From a virus: a stretch of 64,000 nt of DNA. The notes below the pieces were generated by a model. The model did not search any database. It was given only the letters and a program-made list of their open reading frames with translations, and had not been told where the DNA came from. The first letter of the stretch is position 1. Each line of letters starts with the position of its first letter. Location: IMG/VR virus record IMGVR_UViG_3300027782_000047, positions 44,668-108,667 of that record; one strand, given 5' to 3'. Below are positions 1-11,983 of the stretch, piece after piece. The translations under genes and the position numbers were made by a program.

Positions 1-1
1 T

Positions 2-3000
2 TTTTATCGCATAGGATATAATACAACAACAATTAATGCAAATCCATCATATAAAATTGGTATTGAATTTACAGAAACTATTGTTGATGAAGTTGACGAT
101 ACTTCTTTATTGGATCCAGCTCAAGGCGCATTTAACTATCAAGCACCAGGAGCCGAGCGTTTTGCAATTCAAACTTCACTGTCAAAGAGAACATTAGATT
201 CTGCTGATATTTCAACATTCTTTGAAATTGTTCGTCTTGTTAATGGTATAAAAACAAAAGAAATTGAATATCCAATTTATAGCGAAATTGAAAAAACTTT
301 AGCTCGCCGAACACATGATGAATCTGGAAACTATACCGTAGATCCATTTGTTATTTCTCTTGAAGAAGGAGATACAGCTAATGGTAAGTTTAGCGTAGTC
401 TTGGATCCGGGTAAAGCATATGTAAGTGGATACGAATTTGAAACTATTGCTCCAACAATTATTTCAGTTGATAGAGCAAGAGATGTTTCAAATGTTTCAA
501 GTTTTGATTTACCAACAAACTATGAAAGTAGTTTGGTTCTAGCAAACGTTCGTGGCACACTTGATATTACATCATTCCCATCTTTGGATATTCATTCCGT
601 TCCACTGACAAACATAAGTTTGTCCACAACCGCAACATATAATTCTACCAAAATTGGTACCATTTATGCAAACATGATTCGCTACAATGATTCAACACTT
701 TCATCAAATGGAAATAGTCACAGTCATATAGTGAATACGTTTGGAGCAAACACTACTCCCATCACAGGAACATTGGCCGCATCAGGTTCATCTGCTACTA
801 CAATTGCAATTCCTGCCGCATTCAATGCTGGTTTGCCATTGAATGCTTATGCAAACATGTATTTTCAAATTACCAATGGTGCTGGCGCTTCATTGTCGCC
901 AATTCTAATTACTAGTTCAAATACCGTAACTCTCAATTTAGCATCATCATTGAATTTTATTCCAGGTTCAAACACATTCACTATTCAGTCCGATATTAAA
1001 AATGCAGAATCGTTAGTTCAAAATGGTGGATCATATATTCAATTTGGTGGTAATATTGATGTAGATTCAAAAAATCCAACTACAGGATTTGTATCTATCA
1101 GTGAACCAGCAAGAACAAGTCTTGTTTTTGAAACTCCATATGAAGCTATTAAAGCTAATACAATTAGCAATATGGACTTTCAAGTTAGAAAACTATATCA
1201 GGGAACAACGGTAGGCTCTAGCGGTGTATTTACTGTGACCGCTTCTGGCACAGATACGTTCTCGTTCTCATCTGGAGTAGATCCACTTAGCAATTCGCAG
1301 ATTCAAGACAATATAATTTGTTTTGTTCGTTCTGATAGTGCAAGTAATACTCAGTATGGTATTCAACCTAATACAGTTATTAGTTTATCACAATCTGGTT
1401 TTGCTGTTACTCCGATATCAGCATCTCAGTTTTCAATTAATTTGAAAGCTACTCAAACAATCAAAGTTGATTTGCTTATAAAAACAAAAATTAATAACGC
1501 CGAAGATGGTACAAACGGTGTTACCAAGCGTAAACAATTAATACCAATTACGGGCGGAACAGATTTACACTCATTGATTCCTTATGAAATGAATACTGCT
1601 GGAACTCAAGGAACAACTGTTCTATATTCAGCAAGTACATCTGGCGAAGTAACATATTTTGCTGGTGGTGCGGTATTCAAAAGTATCGGCGCAACCAACT
1701 TTGATAACGGTACAGTATTAACAGATTTGAGGACACCAGGAAAAGCAGTTAGCTTGCAAGTTCCGGATGTATATGAAATCATTGGCATTTATGATTCTAA
1801 AAATACAGGATCAAACGTTACCTCTGCTATGTTGACAACCGCAACGAATGATATTACATCATACTATGAGTTTGACAATGGTCAACGCAAAACACATTAT
1901 GACCATGCAACAATTAAATTGAAACGTGGTTATTCTGCACCAGTTGGAAAAGTATTTGTGCAATATAGGTACTTCAAAAGTTTGTCTGGATTTGCCGGAC
2001 TATTTGATGTTGATTCATACTCAAAAGGCTCAAACATCTCTTATGATGAAATATCTAAGTTTGATAATAAAGAAGATAAAAAACTTATTCCTCTAAGAGG
2101 CGCATTTGACTTTAGACCTTACAGAGCAATTGGTGGAACATCATTATCTGGAGCATTGAATCCAGAACCACTAGAAAACATCACGATGAATTATGATTAC
2201 TACTTGCCAAGAATTGACCAAGTGGTAGTTAAATCTTCTAGAGAAATTGGAGTGTTGAAGGGACAATCAGCCGTTGTTCCAGTTCCACCTCCAGTTGATA
2301 AAAAAGATATGTTGATTTATACTTTGTATATTCCAGCATATACCGAAAGTGTTAAAGATATCCGCGCAGACTTTAAGAATCATCGCAGATATACGATGAG
2401 TGACATTCAGGCGTTTGAGGATAGAATTCGTGGACTAGAGTACTATGTTGCATTGACAACATTGGAAAAGGATGCAGCCTCAACAAAAATTCTGGACAAC
2501 AATGGTCTTGAACGCTCAAAATATGGTATTCTTGTTGATAACTTCACATCAAAAGATTCACAAGCAACATTCTCAGATGCAGATTATGATAACAGAAACT
2601 TGATTGATGCTGGAAGATTGTATCCAGCTTCTCTAATGAGAACTGTTGCATTGGAAGCAAATACATCATTAAGCACCGGTGCAACAAAAGTTGTTGGAAC
2701 TGGTACCAAAAAAGCATTGATGCTTTCATACACAACTTCTGAATTTGCAAAGCAACCTTATGCAACAAAATCTTTAGCGATTGCTGATGCAACATTTGCT
2801 AACTTTAAAGGTAAAACAAAACTGTTCCCAGAATTTACTGGAGATGTTGATACTGGTTCTACAGCGAGAGTTACACTAAATTCAACTCAGGGCATTGATA
2901 ATGCTTTCAACTTTATCAATGATGCATTTAAGTATGTTGCTGACAATAATAAACAATGGGCTGATGATAGAAATAGTCCCTTTGCTCAAATTGCTGATAG

Positions 3001-5620
3001 TAAATGGTATAAAACTTTAAGAGAAACAGATTATACTAAACAAACAACCATACATTTAGGCGGAAGAACTTTCGGTCAATATGCAGCCGTTAATGACAAC
3101 ACTTATTTGACTAAGGGCGCAGAACTAAATCAGAAACAAATTTCCACATCAACTTCACAAGTGGACGTTGGAACTTTTGTTACAGATTTGGCTATTCAAC
3201 CATACATGAAGTCAAAGCAAATTCTTTTTGCTACCGAAGGCATGAGACCTTCAACAGTAATGTATTCTTTCTTTGACGAAACTGATGTTAACAAATATAT
3301 TGTAGTGCCAAACAAAGTTACTTTGAATGCTAATACAACTTTGATTTCTGGCGAATCAGTTCTTACAGCAAACACTATTGCAGACTTGACCGCAAACTTA
3401 GTAAGTCTATTATCTGGTGGAAATTCTTTTGATGCTGGATTTGTTGTTGTAAGTGAGATTGGATCTGCTAATGTCTCTATTATTAATGAAACAGGTAAAC
3501 CTCTTTCAGGTAAATATGTTTATGGACTAGACAGCGGTAAATATTACACAGTAAGTTCCGTAAATGACCATCGTTCCGGTGTAACAAGAGGCGTTAGTGC
3601 TTCAACGATTACTCTTGCTTCCGATGCGCCAGCTTACAGCATAGTTGGAAACACGATTACTCTTATTCGTTCAACTTCATCGTTTGAAGGAGTGGGAGCA
3701 CAATTTACAGTAACATCGTATGATACTAGCACAAAGGTTGCTACCGTAAGTGGAGCAAGTGCATATGCTGGTGGAACATATGTCTATAGTTTTGGAACAA
3801 ATAGAACGAACACTTTGGGACAAGTTGGCGGTGCATTCTATATGCCAAAAGCAACGTTTCGTTCGGGTGAAAGAAACTTCCGCGTTACTGAATCTTTTAA
3901 TAATACATATGACGCAGATTCAATTTCGTTCTCAGATAAAACATACAACGCAACTGGTCTAACAGTAAGCAAAACAACTCTTGTTGATACTGTATTGAAT
4001 GTTGATGTTGATAGAAAAATTGTTGGCACACAAACTTCCGACAGATTGATTGGTTCTGTAGCATCTGGCCAAGAATTTTTATATGCGTGGTCTACTACCG
4101 ATCCACTTGCACAAACATTCTTTGTTGATCCTGTAGTATATCCACAAGGTTTGTTCTTAAGTAGTGTTGATTTATTCTTTAAAGCAAAAGATGATGGCAA
4201 TTTGCCAGTGACAATGCAAATTCGTCCAACGGTAAATGGATTCCCATCTTCTGATTACTGGTATCCAGAATCTGTTGTCACCAAGTATCCTTCTCAAATC
4301 AATGTTTCTGAAACGCCGAGTGTTGCTGATTCAAGCACATCTACTAATTTTGAATTTAGTTTCCCTGTCTATTTAAAGCCGGGTCTATACGCATTAATTG
4401 TTTTGGCTGATACTCAAGATTATATTGTTTGGGAAGCTGAAAAGGGTAGTTCAACTACCAACAATGAATATGTGGATAAACAACCATATATGGGAACTTT
4501 ATATAAATCACAAAATACCGCTGAATGGACTCCTTTTATTAATGAAGATTTGATGTTTAGGTTAAATCGTTGCGTTTTTACAACGAACACTAATGCAACA
4601 TATTACCTAAGAAATCAAGCACTACCTACTAGCACAAACTATGACAAAATAAGATTGATTACAAATTCAATTGTACCAGATGCAAAGGTTACATCGTTGA
4701 CGCATAGCATCGCAACGACTACGATTTCGGGCGCAAAAGAATCTTCATTTAGAACATTGTCTCCAGGACAAACATATGATTTTTCCGCTGATGATTTGTA
4801 TCAAGTTGGTTATCGCAGAAAGAAAATGTTCAATGCAAATGATTTTACATTGAAACTTGATATGACAACAACAAGTGATGCTGTGTCGCCAATCTTCTCA
4901 TTAGAATCTGCTTATGTTAACATGTGGGAAAACTATATTGACAATGCAGAAATTAATTCTGAAGACTTCACTATCACTGCTCCCGGCAGAGGATACAATA
5001 ACGCAAACTCAATTATTATCACAAGTTCATCTGGTACAGGAGCAAATGCAAACGTAACTGTTGATGGTAATGGTAATGTTATTGCAATTTATGTTACATC
5101 GCCAGGATCAGGCTATTTGGATGACTTTACTATTTCATATCCAGATACCGGCAATTCAACCACAGTTACATCTAATGCAGTTATTGAATTGAATAGTGAA
5201 TATGATTCTTCGGGTGGTCCATGTCTAGCACGGTACATCACTAAGCCAGTTAAGTTAGCTGATGGATATGATGCTGGTGATTTGCGTGTATTCCTTGGCG
5301 CAAACAAACCCGGATCTTCGGAAGTTTCTGTATTCTACAAAGTATTGTCCGACAGCGATGCAACACCATTTAAAGATAGACCATATCAAAAAATGGTTTG
5401 TATTAATCCTACTGTAACATCATCGCCCGATAATGAAACCTTCCGCGATTATGAGTTTCGCCCATCGGCTACAACAAATGCAATCACATACGCTGGAACA
5501 AATGGAGTAACATATAATTCATTTAAAACTTTTGCTATTAAAATTGTATTGACTTCTAGTGATCCAGCGATTGTTCCAAGTGTTAAAGACTTGCGTATCA
5601 TCGCAACTCCAGCCGAGTAA
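2..5620 (+). CDS. Giant virion structural protein, DUF4815/VrlC-like (baseplate/tail-associated); 5'-truncated
   Basis: Frame is open from base 2 (FYRIGYNTTT...SLLDPAQGAFNYQAPGA), so the TTG at 110 is not the true start. Motifs LARRTHDESGNYTV, PGKAYVSGYE, RRYTMSDI..LEYY, DPLAQTFFV and ARYITKPV..DLRIIA are typical of T4-like cyanophage/pelagiphage DUF4815 proteins. Confidence 0.8.
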   Translation, partial: FYRIGYNTTTINANPSYKIGIEFTETIVDEVDDTSLLDPAQGAFNYQAPGAERFAIQTSLSKRTLDSADISTFFEIVRLVNGIKTKEIEYPIYSEIEKTLARRTHDESGNYTVDPFVISLEEGDTANGKFSVVLDPGKAYVSGYEFETIAPTIISVDRARDVSNVSSFDLPTNYESSLVLANVRGTLDITSFPSLDIHSVPLTNISLSTTATYNSTKIGTIYANMIRYNDSTLSSNGNSHSHIVNTFGANTTPITGTLAASGSSATTIAIPAAFNAGLPLNAYANMYFQITNGAGASLSPILITSSNTVTLNLASSLNFIPGSNTFTIQSDIKNAESLVQNGGSYIQFGGNIDVDSKNPTTGFVSISEPARTSLVFETPYEAIKANTISNMDFQVRKLYQGTTVGSSGVFTVTASGTDTFSFSSGVDPLSNSQIQDNIICFVRSDSASNTQYGIQPNTVISLSQSGFAVTPISASQFSINLKATQTIKVDLLIKTKINNAEDGTNGVTKRKQLIPITGGTDLHSLIPYEMNTAGTQGTTVLYSASTSGEVTYFAGGAVFKSIGATNFDNGTVLTDLRTPGKAVSLQVPDVYEIIGIYDSKNTGSNVTSAMLTTATNDITSYYEFDNGQRKTHYDHATIKLKRGYSAPVGKVFVQYRYFKSLSGFAGLFDVDSYSKGSNISYDEISKFDNKEDKKLIPLRGAFDFRPYRAIGGTSLSGALNPEPLENITMNYDYYLPRIDQVVVKSSREIGVLKGQSAVVPVPPPVDKKDMLIYTLYIPAYTESVKDIRADFKNHRRYTMSDIQAFEDRIRGLEYYVALTTLEKDAASTKILDNNGLERSKYGILVDNFTSKDSQATFSDADYDNRNLIDAGRLYPASLMRTVALEANTSLSTGATKVVGTGTKKALMLSYTTSEFAKQPYATKSLAIADATFANFKGKTKLFPEFTGDVDTGSTARVTLNSTQGIDNAFNFINDAFKYVADNNKQWADDRNSPFAQIADSKWYKTLRETDYTKQTTIHLGGRTFGQYAAVNDNTYLTKGAELNQKQISTSTSQVDVGTFVTDLAIQPYMKSKQILFATEGMRPSTVMYSFFDETDVNKYIVVPNKVTLNANTTLISGESVLTANTIADLTANLVSLLSGGNSFDAGFVVVSEIGSANVSIINETGKPLSGKYVYGLDSGKYYTVSSVNDHRSGVTRGVSASTITLASDAPAYSIVGNTITLIRSTSSFEGVGAQFTVTSYDTSTKVATVSGASAYAGGTYVYSFGTNRTNTLGQVGGAFYMPKATFRSGERNFRVTESFNNTYDADSISFSDKTYNATGLTVSKTTLVDTVLNVDVDRKIVGTQTSDRLIGSVASGQEFLYAWSTTDPLAQTFFVDPVVYPQGLFLSSVDLFFKAKDDGNLPVTMQIRPTVNGFPSSDYWYPESVVTKYPSQINVSETPSVADSSTSTNFEFSFPVYLKPGLYALIVLADTQDYIVWEAEKGSSTTNNEYVDKQPYMGTLYKSQNTAEWTPFINEDLMFRLNRCVFTTNTNATYYLRNQALPTSTNYDKIRLITNSIVPDAKVTSLTHSIATTTISGAKESSFRTLSPGQTYDFSADDLYQVGYRRKKMFNANDFTLKLDMTTTSDAVSPIFSLESAYVNMWENYIDNAEINSEDFTITAPGRGYNNANSIIITSSSGTGANANVTVDGNGNVIAIYVTSPGSGYLDDFTISYPDTGNSTTVTSNAVIELNSEYDSSGGPCLARYITKPVKLADGYDAGDLRVFLGANKPGSSEVSVFYKVLSDSDATPFKDRPYQKMVCINPTVTSSPDNETFRDYEFRPSATTNAITYAGTNGVTYNSFKTFAIKIVLTSSDPAIVPSVKDLRIIATPAE

Positions 5621-5622
5621 TC

Positions 5623-5856
5623 ATGTTTGTGAAAGTTGAAGGTACCAATTTTATTAAAGATACTGGCACAAACGCCCTGTTGATGACTGGGCGGAATGCC
5701 TTGGCTGAAAATGAAGCGAGGAAAAAACTTGCTGATAGGATGAATGGCAAAAATAATGAGATAAATAACTTGAAGAATCAGGTAGAAGAACTATCTTCTG
5801 ATATGAAGGAAATCAAGTCCCTACTAAACGCATTGCTGAAACAGAGTAAAGAATAA
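5623..5856 (+). CDS. Small conserved protein with C-terminal coiled coil
   Basis: 77 aa, 'KVEG..FIKD..TNAL' followed by heptads; usual position after the DUF4815 gene; TAATG overlap with the next gene. Confidence 0.7.
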   Translation: MFVKVEGTNFIKDTGTNALLMTGRNALAENEARKKLADRMNGKNNEINNLKNQVEELSSDMKEIKSLLNALLKQSKE

Positions 5857-8800
5857 TGGCACTCAATAACATTACAAGAACAAATACAATTGATGAATGG
5901 CGCATTCAGACTAATTTGGCAGCCAATGCGCTTAATCAAATTGAGACTGGTAATTACAATAAAACTAACGGAACATTCACCATTTCTTCAAATGGTGCAT
6001 TGTCTATTATCGCACAAGGAACTGCATTATCTGTTGCCAACGGTGCATTGTTTCAGAGTAATGTTTCTATTGGTAAAGAAATTGTTTTGGGTTCTGAAGT
6101 ATCACAAACCGGCAATTTATTGGTTGGTAATGCAGTTTACATTTATGGTCAAGCAACCGCTCTTTATGTTGCGAATAATATAATTTCTAATGGTAGTATT
6201 GTTGTTCAAAATACAATTAAAACAAACAATATAACAGCAAATTCAAATGTAGTTGTTGTTGGTACAGCAAACGTAGGATATCTAGGTGTAGCAAATAGTG
6301 GTTATGTTGGCACAACTTTAACTGTTGTTGGTAACACAGCAGTGGGTAATTTGACAACAGCAAATTCTGTCTTTGCTGATAATGCTAGAATTACAACAAA
6401 CATTGCTTTTGGTAGTTTACTACAGTCATATGCTAACGCTAATGCCTATGTGTCAAACACAGGTTCCGTTGTTGCTAACAATGCTAGATTCATTGCTAAC
6501 ACTTCTATTGGAGAAGAATTAACAACCATTACGGTGAATGCAACAAATGTTAGGGTAACAGCAAATGCTAATGCCGCACATTTCACAGCTTCACAATCGG
6601 TTGTTGCAGACACTGCTAGATTTGCAACGAATGTTGCTTTTGGTAGTTCGCTACAATCATATGCTAATGGAACTTCTTTTGTCGCAAATGGTGGATCTGT
6701 TGTTGCCAACACCGCTACAATTAATGCCAACACTTCCGTCGGTGGGCATATTGTTGTAACAAACTCGGTTGTTTCGGACACTGCTAGATTTATAACTAAT
6801 GTTGCTTTTGGCAGTTCACTAGAATCATATGCTAATGGAACTTCTTTTGTCGCAAATGGTGGATCTGTTGTTGCCAACACCGCTACAATTAATGCCAACA
6901 CCAGTGTTGGTGGACATATTGTTGTAACAAACTCGGTTGTTTCGGACACTGCTAGATTTGCAACGAATGTTGCTTTTGGCAGTTCTTTACAATCATATGC
7001 TAATGGAACTTCTTTTGTCGCAAATGGTGGATCTGTTGTTGCTAATAATGCTAGAATTAACGTCAACACTTCTGTTGGTCAAGAATTAACTACAGTTACG
7101 GTTAACGCAACAAACTCAAGAGTTTCTGGAAATGCTAATGCCGCACATTTTACTACTAGTGCTGGTGGTTCTGTTGTTGCAGATAGTTTAAGAATAACAA
7201 GCGCAACTCAATCTGCCAATATCAGCGGTAATGTTATTGCCGGAAATGTAAATACGCAGGGTATGGTATACGCTGGATCTATAGTATCCACTGGTATGTT
7301 AAAATCCTTTGATATGGAAGTAGATCAGGATCTTACTGTTAATCGTAATCTAACCGTAGATGGAAATTTTGTTCTGTCTGGTGATATTGTTTATGATACA
7401 GATAATTTTACCATTAGCACAGTAACTCCAGTAACAACTACAGGTGCTGGTTATTTTGGTGTTTTTAGGGGAAATACAATTGGTGGTGTTTTTGGTCATA
7501 ACGGCCTGGTAAATACTGACGCTAATGCATATATTCGTTGGAGTGCATCTGCTAACAACTGGCAAATTCGTGATGTATTCAACCCTAGTATATCAACGTC
7601 ATATTCTAAAATACTTACTGCAAATTTAATTACTGTAAGCACTTCATCCGTAAGTAATAATGATTTTGCATCTTCATGGTTAATGAAAAACTATGTTGAT
7701 AATGCAAATACAAATTTACAGAATTATATTGATGTTGCTAACACCAGCATGAAAAGTTATGTTGACACAGCAAATACCAATTTAAAGAGTTATGTTGATA
7801 CTGCAAATACAAATGTTGTTAGATATGTTAATACACAAGTTACATCCAATGTTCTGAATTCTGGTGCCGCAGTTGTTGTCGCACAAAACTTTGCTACTGC
7901 GGTTGATGATTCTGATCCGGGCAATGGTAACTTTAAATTTAATAATGCAACGATTGCATCAGCAACTTTTGCATACATGGACAACTTGGACACATATGCA
8001 CAAACAATTACTGGAATATTGTCCACATATGGCGATTCAACCAATGCAGTAAAAGGACATTTGAGATTCTCTGTCTTTGGTTCATCAACTACAAAATTTG
8101 CAGTTTTTGCTATTACATCATCAACAGCAGCCTCTGGTTACTATAAAGTTGGTCTGACTTATGTTTCTGGCGCAGGAACATTTAGCGGTGGCGATCTCGT
8201 TATGGTTCAATATTCTAGAGCGGGCAATTTGGGCGCACAGGGACCAACAGGAGCACAGGGACCAACAGGAGCACAAGGACCACAGGGACCTCAAGGACCA
8301 CAGGGACCTCAAGGAACAAATGGTACAATAGGTGTTAATGGTGCACCGGGCGGACCTGGACCAACAGGACCGCAAGGACCAACAGGAGCGCAAGGTGCTC
8401 AAGGTGCTCAAGGCGCTCAAGGACCAACAGGACCTCAAGGACCAACAGGAGCGCAAGGGCCACTTGGACCAACAGGACCTACAGGACCACTTGGACCAAC
8501 AGGACCGCAAGGACCACTTGGACCTACAGGACCAACAGGACCACTTGGACCTACAGGACCACTTGGACCGACAGGACCAACAGGACCAACAGGACCACAA
8601 GGTCCAACTGGTGCCCAAGGTCCGACTGGTGCCCAAGGAGCCCAAGGCGCACAGGGACCATCAGGAACAATTACTAATACATCTTATCAAATGACTTCTC
8701 TTGGTGTTGGTACAGCAGCCTCGGGAACAACTGGTGAAATTCGTGCTACTGGTGCTATAACTGCTGGTTATTCTGACGATAGATTGAAAACAAGACTGGG

Positions 8801-9086
8801 TAATATTGAAAATTCTCTTATTAAAATTGCAGCCATTTCTGGATTCTATTATGAGCCTAATGAAATAGCTCAAGATTTAGGATATGAATTAAAAAGAGAA
8901 ATTGGTGTATCCGCTCAAGAAATTCAAGCAGTTCTTCCAGAAGTTGTCGTTTCTGCTCCAGTAGACGATCAATATTTAACTGTTCATTATGAAAAACTTG
9001 TTCCTTTATTAATTGAAGCTATTAAAGAATTGATTAAAGGATTCAAAGATTTGAAAGATGAAGTTGACGAATTAAAGAAGAAATAA
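5856..9086 (+). CDS. Tail fibre protein: beta-helix-like repeats, collagen segment, C-terminal peptidase S74 intramolecular chaperone
   Basis: N-terminal 'TNTIDEWR'; N/A/T-rich repeats; about 48 G-X-Y triplets; 'YSDDRLK...[16 protein letters not shown]...[17 protein letters not shown]' S74 signature. Confidence 0.85.
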   Translation: MALNNITRTNTIDEWRIQTNLAANALNQIETGNYNKTNGTFTISSNGALSIIAQGTALSVANGALFQSNVSIGKEIVLGSEVSQTGNLLVGNAVYIYGQATALYVANNIISNGSIVVQNTIKTNNITANSNVVVVGTANVGYLGVANSGYVGTTLTVVGNTAVGNLTTANSVFADNARITTNIAFGSLLQSYANANAYVSNTGSVVANNARFIANTSIGEELTTITVNATNVRVTANANAAHFTASQSVVADTARFATNVAFGSSLQSYANGTSFVANGGSVVANTATINANTSVGGHIVVTNSVVSDTARFITNVAFGSSLESYANGTSFVANGGSVVANTATINANTSVGGHIVVTNSVVSDTARFATNVAFGSSLQSYANGTSFVANGGSVVANNARINVNTSVGQELTTVTVNATNSRVSGNANAAHFTTSAGGSVVADSLRITSATQSANISGNVIAGNVNTQGMVYAGSIVSTGMLKSFDMEVDQDLTVNRNLTVDGNFVLSGDIVYDTDNFTISTVTPVTTTGAGYFGVFRGNTIGGVFGHNGLVNTDANAYIRWSASANNWQIRDVFNPSISTSYSKILTANLITVSTSSVSNNDFASSWLMKNYVDNANTNLQNYIDVANTSMKSYVDTANTNLKSYVDTANTNVVRYVNTQVTSNVLNSGAAVVVAQNFATAVDDSDPGNGNFKFNNATIASATFAYMDNLDTYAQTITGILSTYGDSTNAVKGHLRFSVFGSSTTKFAVFAITSSTAASGYYKVGLTYVSGAGTFSGGDLVMVQYSRAGNLGAQGPTGAQGPTGAQGPQGPQGPQGPQGTNGTIGVNGAPGGPGPTGPQGPTGAQGAQGAQGAQGPTGPQGPTGAQGPLGPTGPTGPLGPTGPQGPLGPTGPTGPLGPTGPLGPTGPTGPTGPQGPTGAQGPTGAQGAQGAQGPSGTITNTSYQMTSLGVGTAASGTTGEIRATGAITAGYSDDRLKTRLGNIENSLIKIAAISGFYYEPNEIAQDLGYELKREIGVSAQEIQAVLPEVVVSAPVDDQYLTVHYEKLVPLLIEAIKELIKGFKDLKDEVDELKKK
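6590..7070 (+). repeat. About three tandem 168-bp (56-aa) intragenic repeats
   Basis: CTGCTAGATT recurs at 6613, 6781 and 6949; unit TARF(A/I)TNVAFGSSL(Q/E)[18 protein letters not shown]..., near-identical at DNA level. Confidence 0.9.
8232..8664 (+). repeat. Collagen-like G-X-Y repeat ([12 protein letters not shown])
   Basis: ggaccaacagga/ggcgcacaa 9-nt periodicity. Confidence 0.95.
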
Positions 9087-9087
9087 G

Positions 9088-9420
9088 ATGGCCGCATTTT
9101 CAGAAATCGTTATAGAGCAAGGCGCAACATTCAACACTACAATTAATGTTGAAGATACCGCTGGTGCCGCAATTAACCTTTTTGGTTATACAGCAAACTC
9201 CATGATGCGTAAATCATACTATTCATCAAGTGCAACAACAATTACATCTACAGTAACAGGTACAGCAAATGGTGAAGTAACCCTTCGTGTAACTGCGGCT
9301 AATACTGCGGCATTAACACCAGGAAGATATGTGTATGATGTTATTATTACATCTCCAACATCTGTGGTAACAAGAGTTGTTGAAGGGATTGTTACCGTCT
9401 TACCTTCAGTTACGAGGTAA
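9088..9420 (+). CDS. Small virion structural/adaptor protein
   Basis: 'IEQGATF...A.MRKSYYS...GRYVYDV...RVVEGIVTV.PSVT', a family common in T4-like aquatic phages. Confidence 0.7.
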   Translation: MAAFSEIVIEQGATFNTTINVEDTAGAAINLFGYTANSMMRKSYYSSSATTITSTVTGTANGEVTLRVTAANTAALTPGRYVYDVIITSPTSVVTRVVEGIVTVLPSVTR

Positions 9421-9422
9421 TT

Positions 9423-9677
9423 ATGGTTACAGCTAGAATCAATACTCCAGGAGTGATTGGTAAAGTTGCTGTTCGCCCAAATCAAAGAACAACAATCGCA
9501 GATCCAAAGTTTACTCCTAAACCTAATGTTGGTTTAGTTGAATTGTTTGATACCGCTATTGACCAAGCAGAGGAAGGCGACATTATTACATATGTCGCCA
9601 GCTCAGGAAAGTTTGAGAATCAGCAACTTGGAAATGTAAGTGTACAAGTTCCCAGAATAAATGGTGGGTTTTTTTGA
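9423..9677 (+). CDS. Small hypothetical fibre-associated protein ending INGGFF
   Basis: 84-aa ORF, GAGG SD upstream, tightly packed. Confidence 0.6.
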   Translation: MVTARINTPGVIGKVAVRPNQRTTIADPKFTPKPNVGLVELFDTAIDQAEEGDIITYVASSGKFENQQLGNVSVQVPRINGGFF

Positions 9678-9688
9678 TTTACCAAATT

Positions 9689-9696
9689 CATAAATA
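9689..9696 (+). promoter_or_regulatory. T4-type late promoter (CATAAATA)
   Basis: One mismatch to the gp55 consensus TATAAATA; intergenic. Confidence 0.6.
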
Positions 9697-9731
9697 GAAT
9701 AATAAGAAGATTCCACAACTAAGGAACCATA

Positions 9732-11387
9732 ATGGCAAATACAGTAATTCAGTTAAAATATTCTACCGCAACCAATAAACCGCCTACACTTAACGTAGCG
9801 GAACCAGCATATTCTAACGTATCAAGTACTCTTTGGATTGATGATGGAACGGGTGTTGTAGCAATTGGTGGTAAAGCATATACCGATAAAATTGATGCCG
9901 CTGCCTCAGCCGCGACTGCTAACGTTCTTGTTAAGAGAGATACCACAGGTAACGCATCGTTCAATTACATTACTGCTAACATTGTTGGTAGTATTTTCGG
10001 TAACGCTACAAGCGCAGATAAGTGGTTTACTCCTAGAAACATTGGTGTTTCTGGTGATGCAACAGGTATTATTTCCGTTGATGGTACAGCAAACGCTAAC
10101 ATTCCATTAGTTCTTTCCAACTCTGGCGTGGCTGCTGGAAATTATGGCGGTGCAACAAATGCCGCAGTAATTTCTGTAGATACAAAGGGTCGTGTAACAT
10201 ACGCGGCTAACGTTCCTATTTCTTCTACACTAAACTTCTCGGGTGATGTTGGTGCGGCTCCAGGAACATTATCTCTAATCTCTGATACCCTAACAATCAA
10301 GGGTAGTTTAAACGGAGGTATTAGCACCAATGCTGTTGATGCAAACAATACGGTACTTGTTAATGTTGATAATACAGTTCTTAGAAATTCTGGAAATCAA
10401 TTTATTACAGGCGACTTGTCACTAACAGGAAGTTTGTTTATTGCTGGTAATACCACAACAGTAGATACTACAACAATATCAACCTCAGACTCTTTAATTA
10501 GACTAGCCGCAAACAACAATAGTGATCTTTTAGATATCGGTTTCTATGGCGTAGCTAATTCGAATACAAATGTAACAGGTAGCACAGTATATCACGGTCT
10601 TGTTCGTAGAGCCCAAGCCAATGAGTTCTTCTTGTTCAAAGGACTAACGACAGATCCAACCTCAAATGTTTTACCAACGGGTTCAATAAGAGGATCTAAT
10701 ACAGCAACACTGATTGCGAACTTAACTGCCGGTATGATTTCTGGTCTTGCTAACACTATTGGTGTTGTTGACGGCGGTACTGGAGTAGGCACATTTGCAG
10801 TTGGTAGCATTCTAGTTGGCGATGGAACAAATTCATTAAAAATACTCGCTAATACAGGTACTGCAGGAGCATATGGTTCAGCATCTAATACATTAATTGT
10901 CACTACGGATACTTATGGTCGTGTATCAGCTATTACAAATAGTGCAATTCAAATTAATGCATCTAATATTGTATCTGGCAACTTAGCAATTAATAGAGGC
11001 GGTACAAACAACGATTCTTACACAACTGGTGCCGCAGTATTCTATGATGGTACTGCAATCAAGACATTAGCAAATACTGGTACAGCGAACACTTATGGTT
11101 CAGCATCTTATGTTCCTGTTATTACAACTGATGCATTAGGTCGTGTTTCTGGTGTAAGCAACACCGCAATCAATATTGATACAAGCGCAGTCGTTTCCGG
11201 CACACTAGGTATCGCAAGAGGCGGTTCAGGAGCATCTTCATTCTCAATTAAGGGTGTTATTGTTTCTGATGCGGCATCAACAACTGGTGCATTGTCTGCA
11301 TTGACTTCACCAACCGAAGGTCATCTATTACAAATTAACTCATCTGGAGCACCAACTTTTGCACACCTAAATGGTGGAACATTCTAA
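9732..11387 (+). CDS. Tail fibre/shaft protein
   Basis: MANTVIQLK N-terminus; repeated 'YG.A...V...D..GRV' and 'L.I.RGG.G' fibre motifs; ends LNGGTF; AAGGA SD. Confidence 0.75.
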   Translation: MANTVIQLKYSTATNKPPTLNVAEPAYSNVSSTLWIDDGTGVVAIGGKAYTDKIDAAASAATANVLVKRDTTGNASFNYITANIVGSIFGNATSADKWFTPRNIGVSGDATGIISVDGTANANIPLVLSNSGVAAGNYGGATNAAVISVDTKGRVTYAANVPISSTLNFSGDVGAAPGTLSLISDTLTIKGSLNGGISTNAVDANNTVLVNVDNTVLRNSGNQFITGDLSLTGSLFIAGNTTTVDTTTISTSDSLIRLAANNNSDLLDIGFYGVANSNTNVTGSTVYHGLVRRAQANEFFLFKGLTTDPTSNVLPTGSIRGSNTATLIANLTAGMISGLANTIGVVDGGTGVGTFAVGSILVGDGTNSLKILANTGTAGAYGSASNTLIVTTDTYGRVSAITNSAIQINASNIVSGNLAINRGGTNNDSYTTGAAVFYDGTAIKTLANTGTANTYGSASYVPVITTDALGRVSGVSNTAINIDTSAVVSGTLGIARGGSGASSFSIKGVIVSDAASTTGALSALTSPTEGHLLQINSSGAPTFAHLNGGTF

Positions 11388-11409
11388 ATTATAATGAAAG
11401 GATTTTATT

Positions 11410-11973
11410 ATGGATGTGAGATTACAAAATGCTTATGTAGAGGTTTTGCTTGGCAATTTTATGGAAGTTGTCAAGCAGAATTTAATGTTTCAAGCACAAA
11501 TTGAAGTAAATAAGAATAGTTTACAAGAAGCAGAAGATTCAGTAAGAAGATTAAAAGAAGTTTCGGACGCAAATATTAATTATCAAACTCAACTTGTTGA
11601 AAAAGATAAACTCATAAACGAGTTAACAACAGAAAGAAATAATTTAAAAAGCTCTTCAGGAAATAATGATTCTTTGAAACAAGAAAAAGATAGATTGCAA
11701 AGTGCAGTTAATGACTACATGAGGCAATTAAAATCTGCACAACAAGATGTGTTGACCGCTAAGAGTGAATCCCAAAATGTTTTAATGCAAAACAATAATC
11801 GGATTGAAGAACTCACTAAATATGTTGCAAGATTGGAAACTGTAGTTCCAGCAAACAAACTTAAAAAAGTTAAACTTGGTGAAGTTGTTCAACCTGATGC
11901 TCCAGAAATTACAGTTGAAGAACCTGTTCTTCCAATTGATGATGATACTGTAAAATCTGGCGGAACATTCTAA
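11410..11973 (+). CDS. Coiled-coil protein (possible fibre chaperone), ends KSGGTF
   Basis: Heptad-rich, E/K/Q/N composition; AAGGA SD. Confidence 0.65.
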   Translation: MDVRLQNAYVEVLLGNFMEVVKQNLMFQAQIEVNKNSLQEAEDSVRRLKEVSDANINYQTQLVEKDKLINELTTERNNLKSSSGNNDSLKQEKDRLQSAVNDYMRQLKSAQQDVLTAKSESQNVLMQNNNRIEELTKYVARLETVVPANKLKKVKLGEVVQPDAPEITVEEPVLPIDDDTVKSGGTF

Positions 11974-11983
11974 GATTCGGTAA

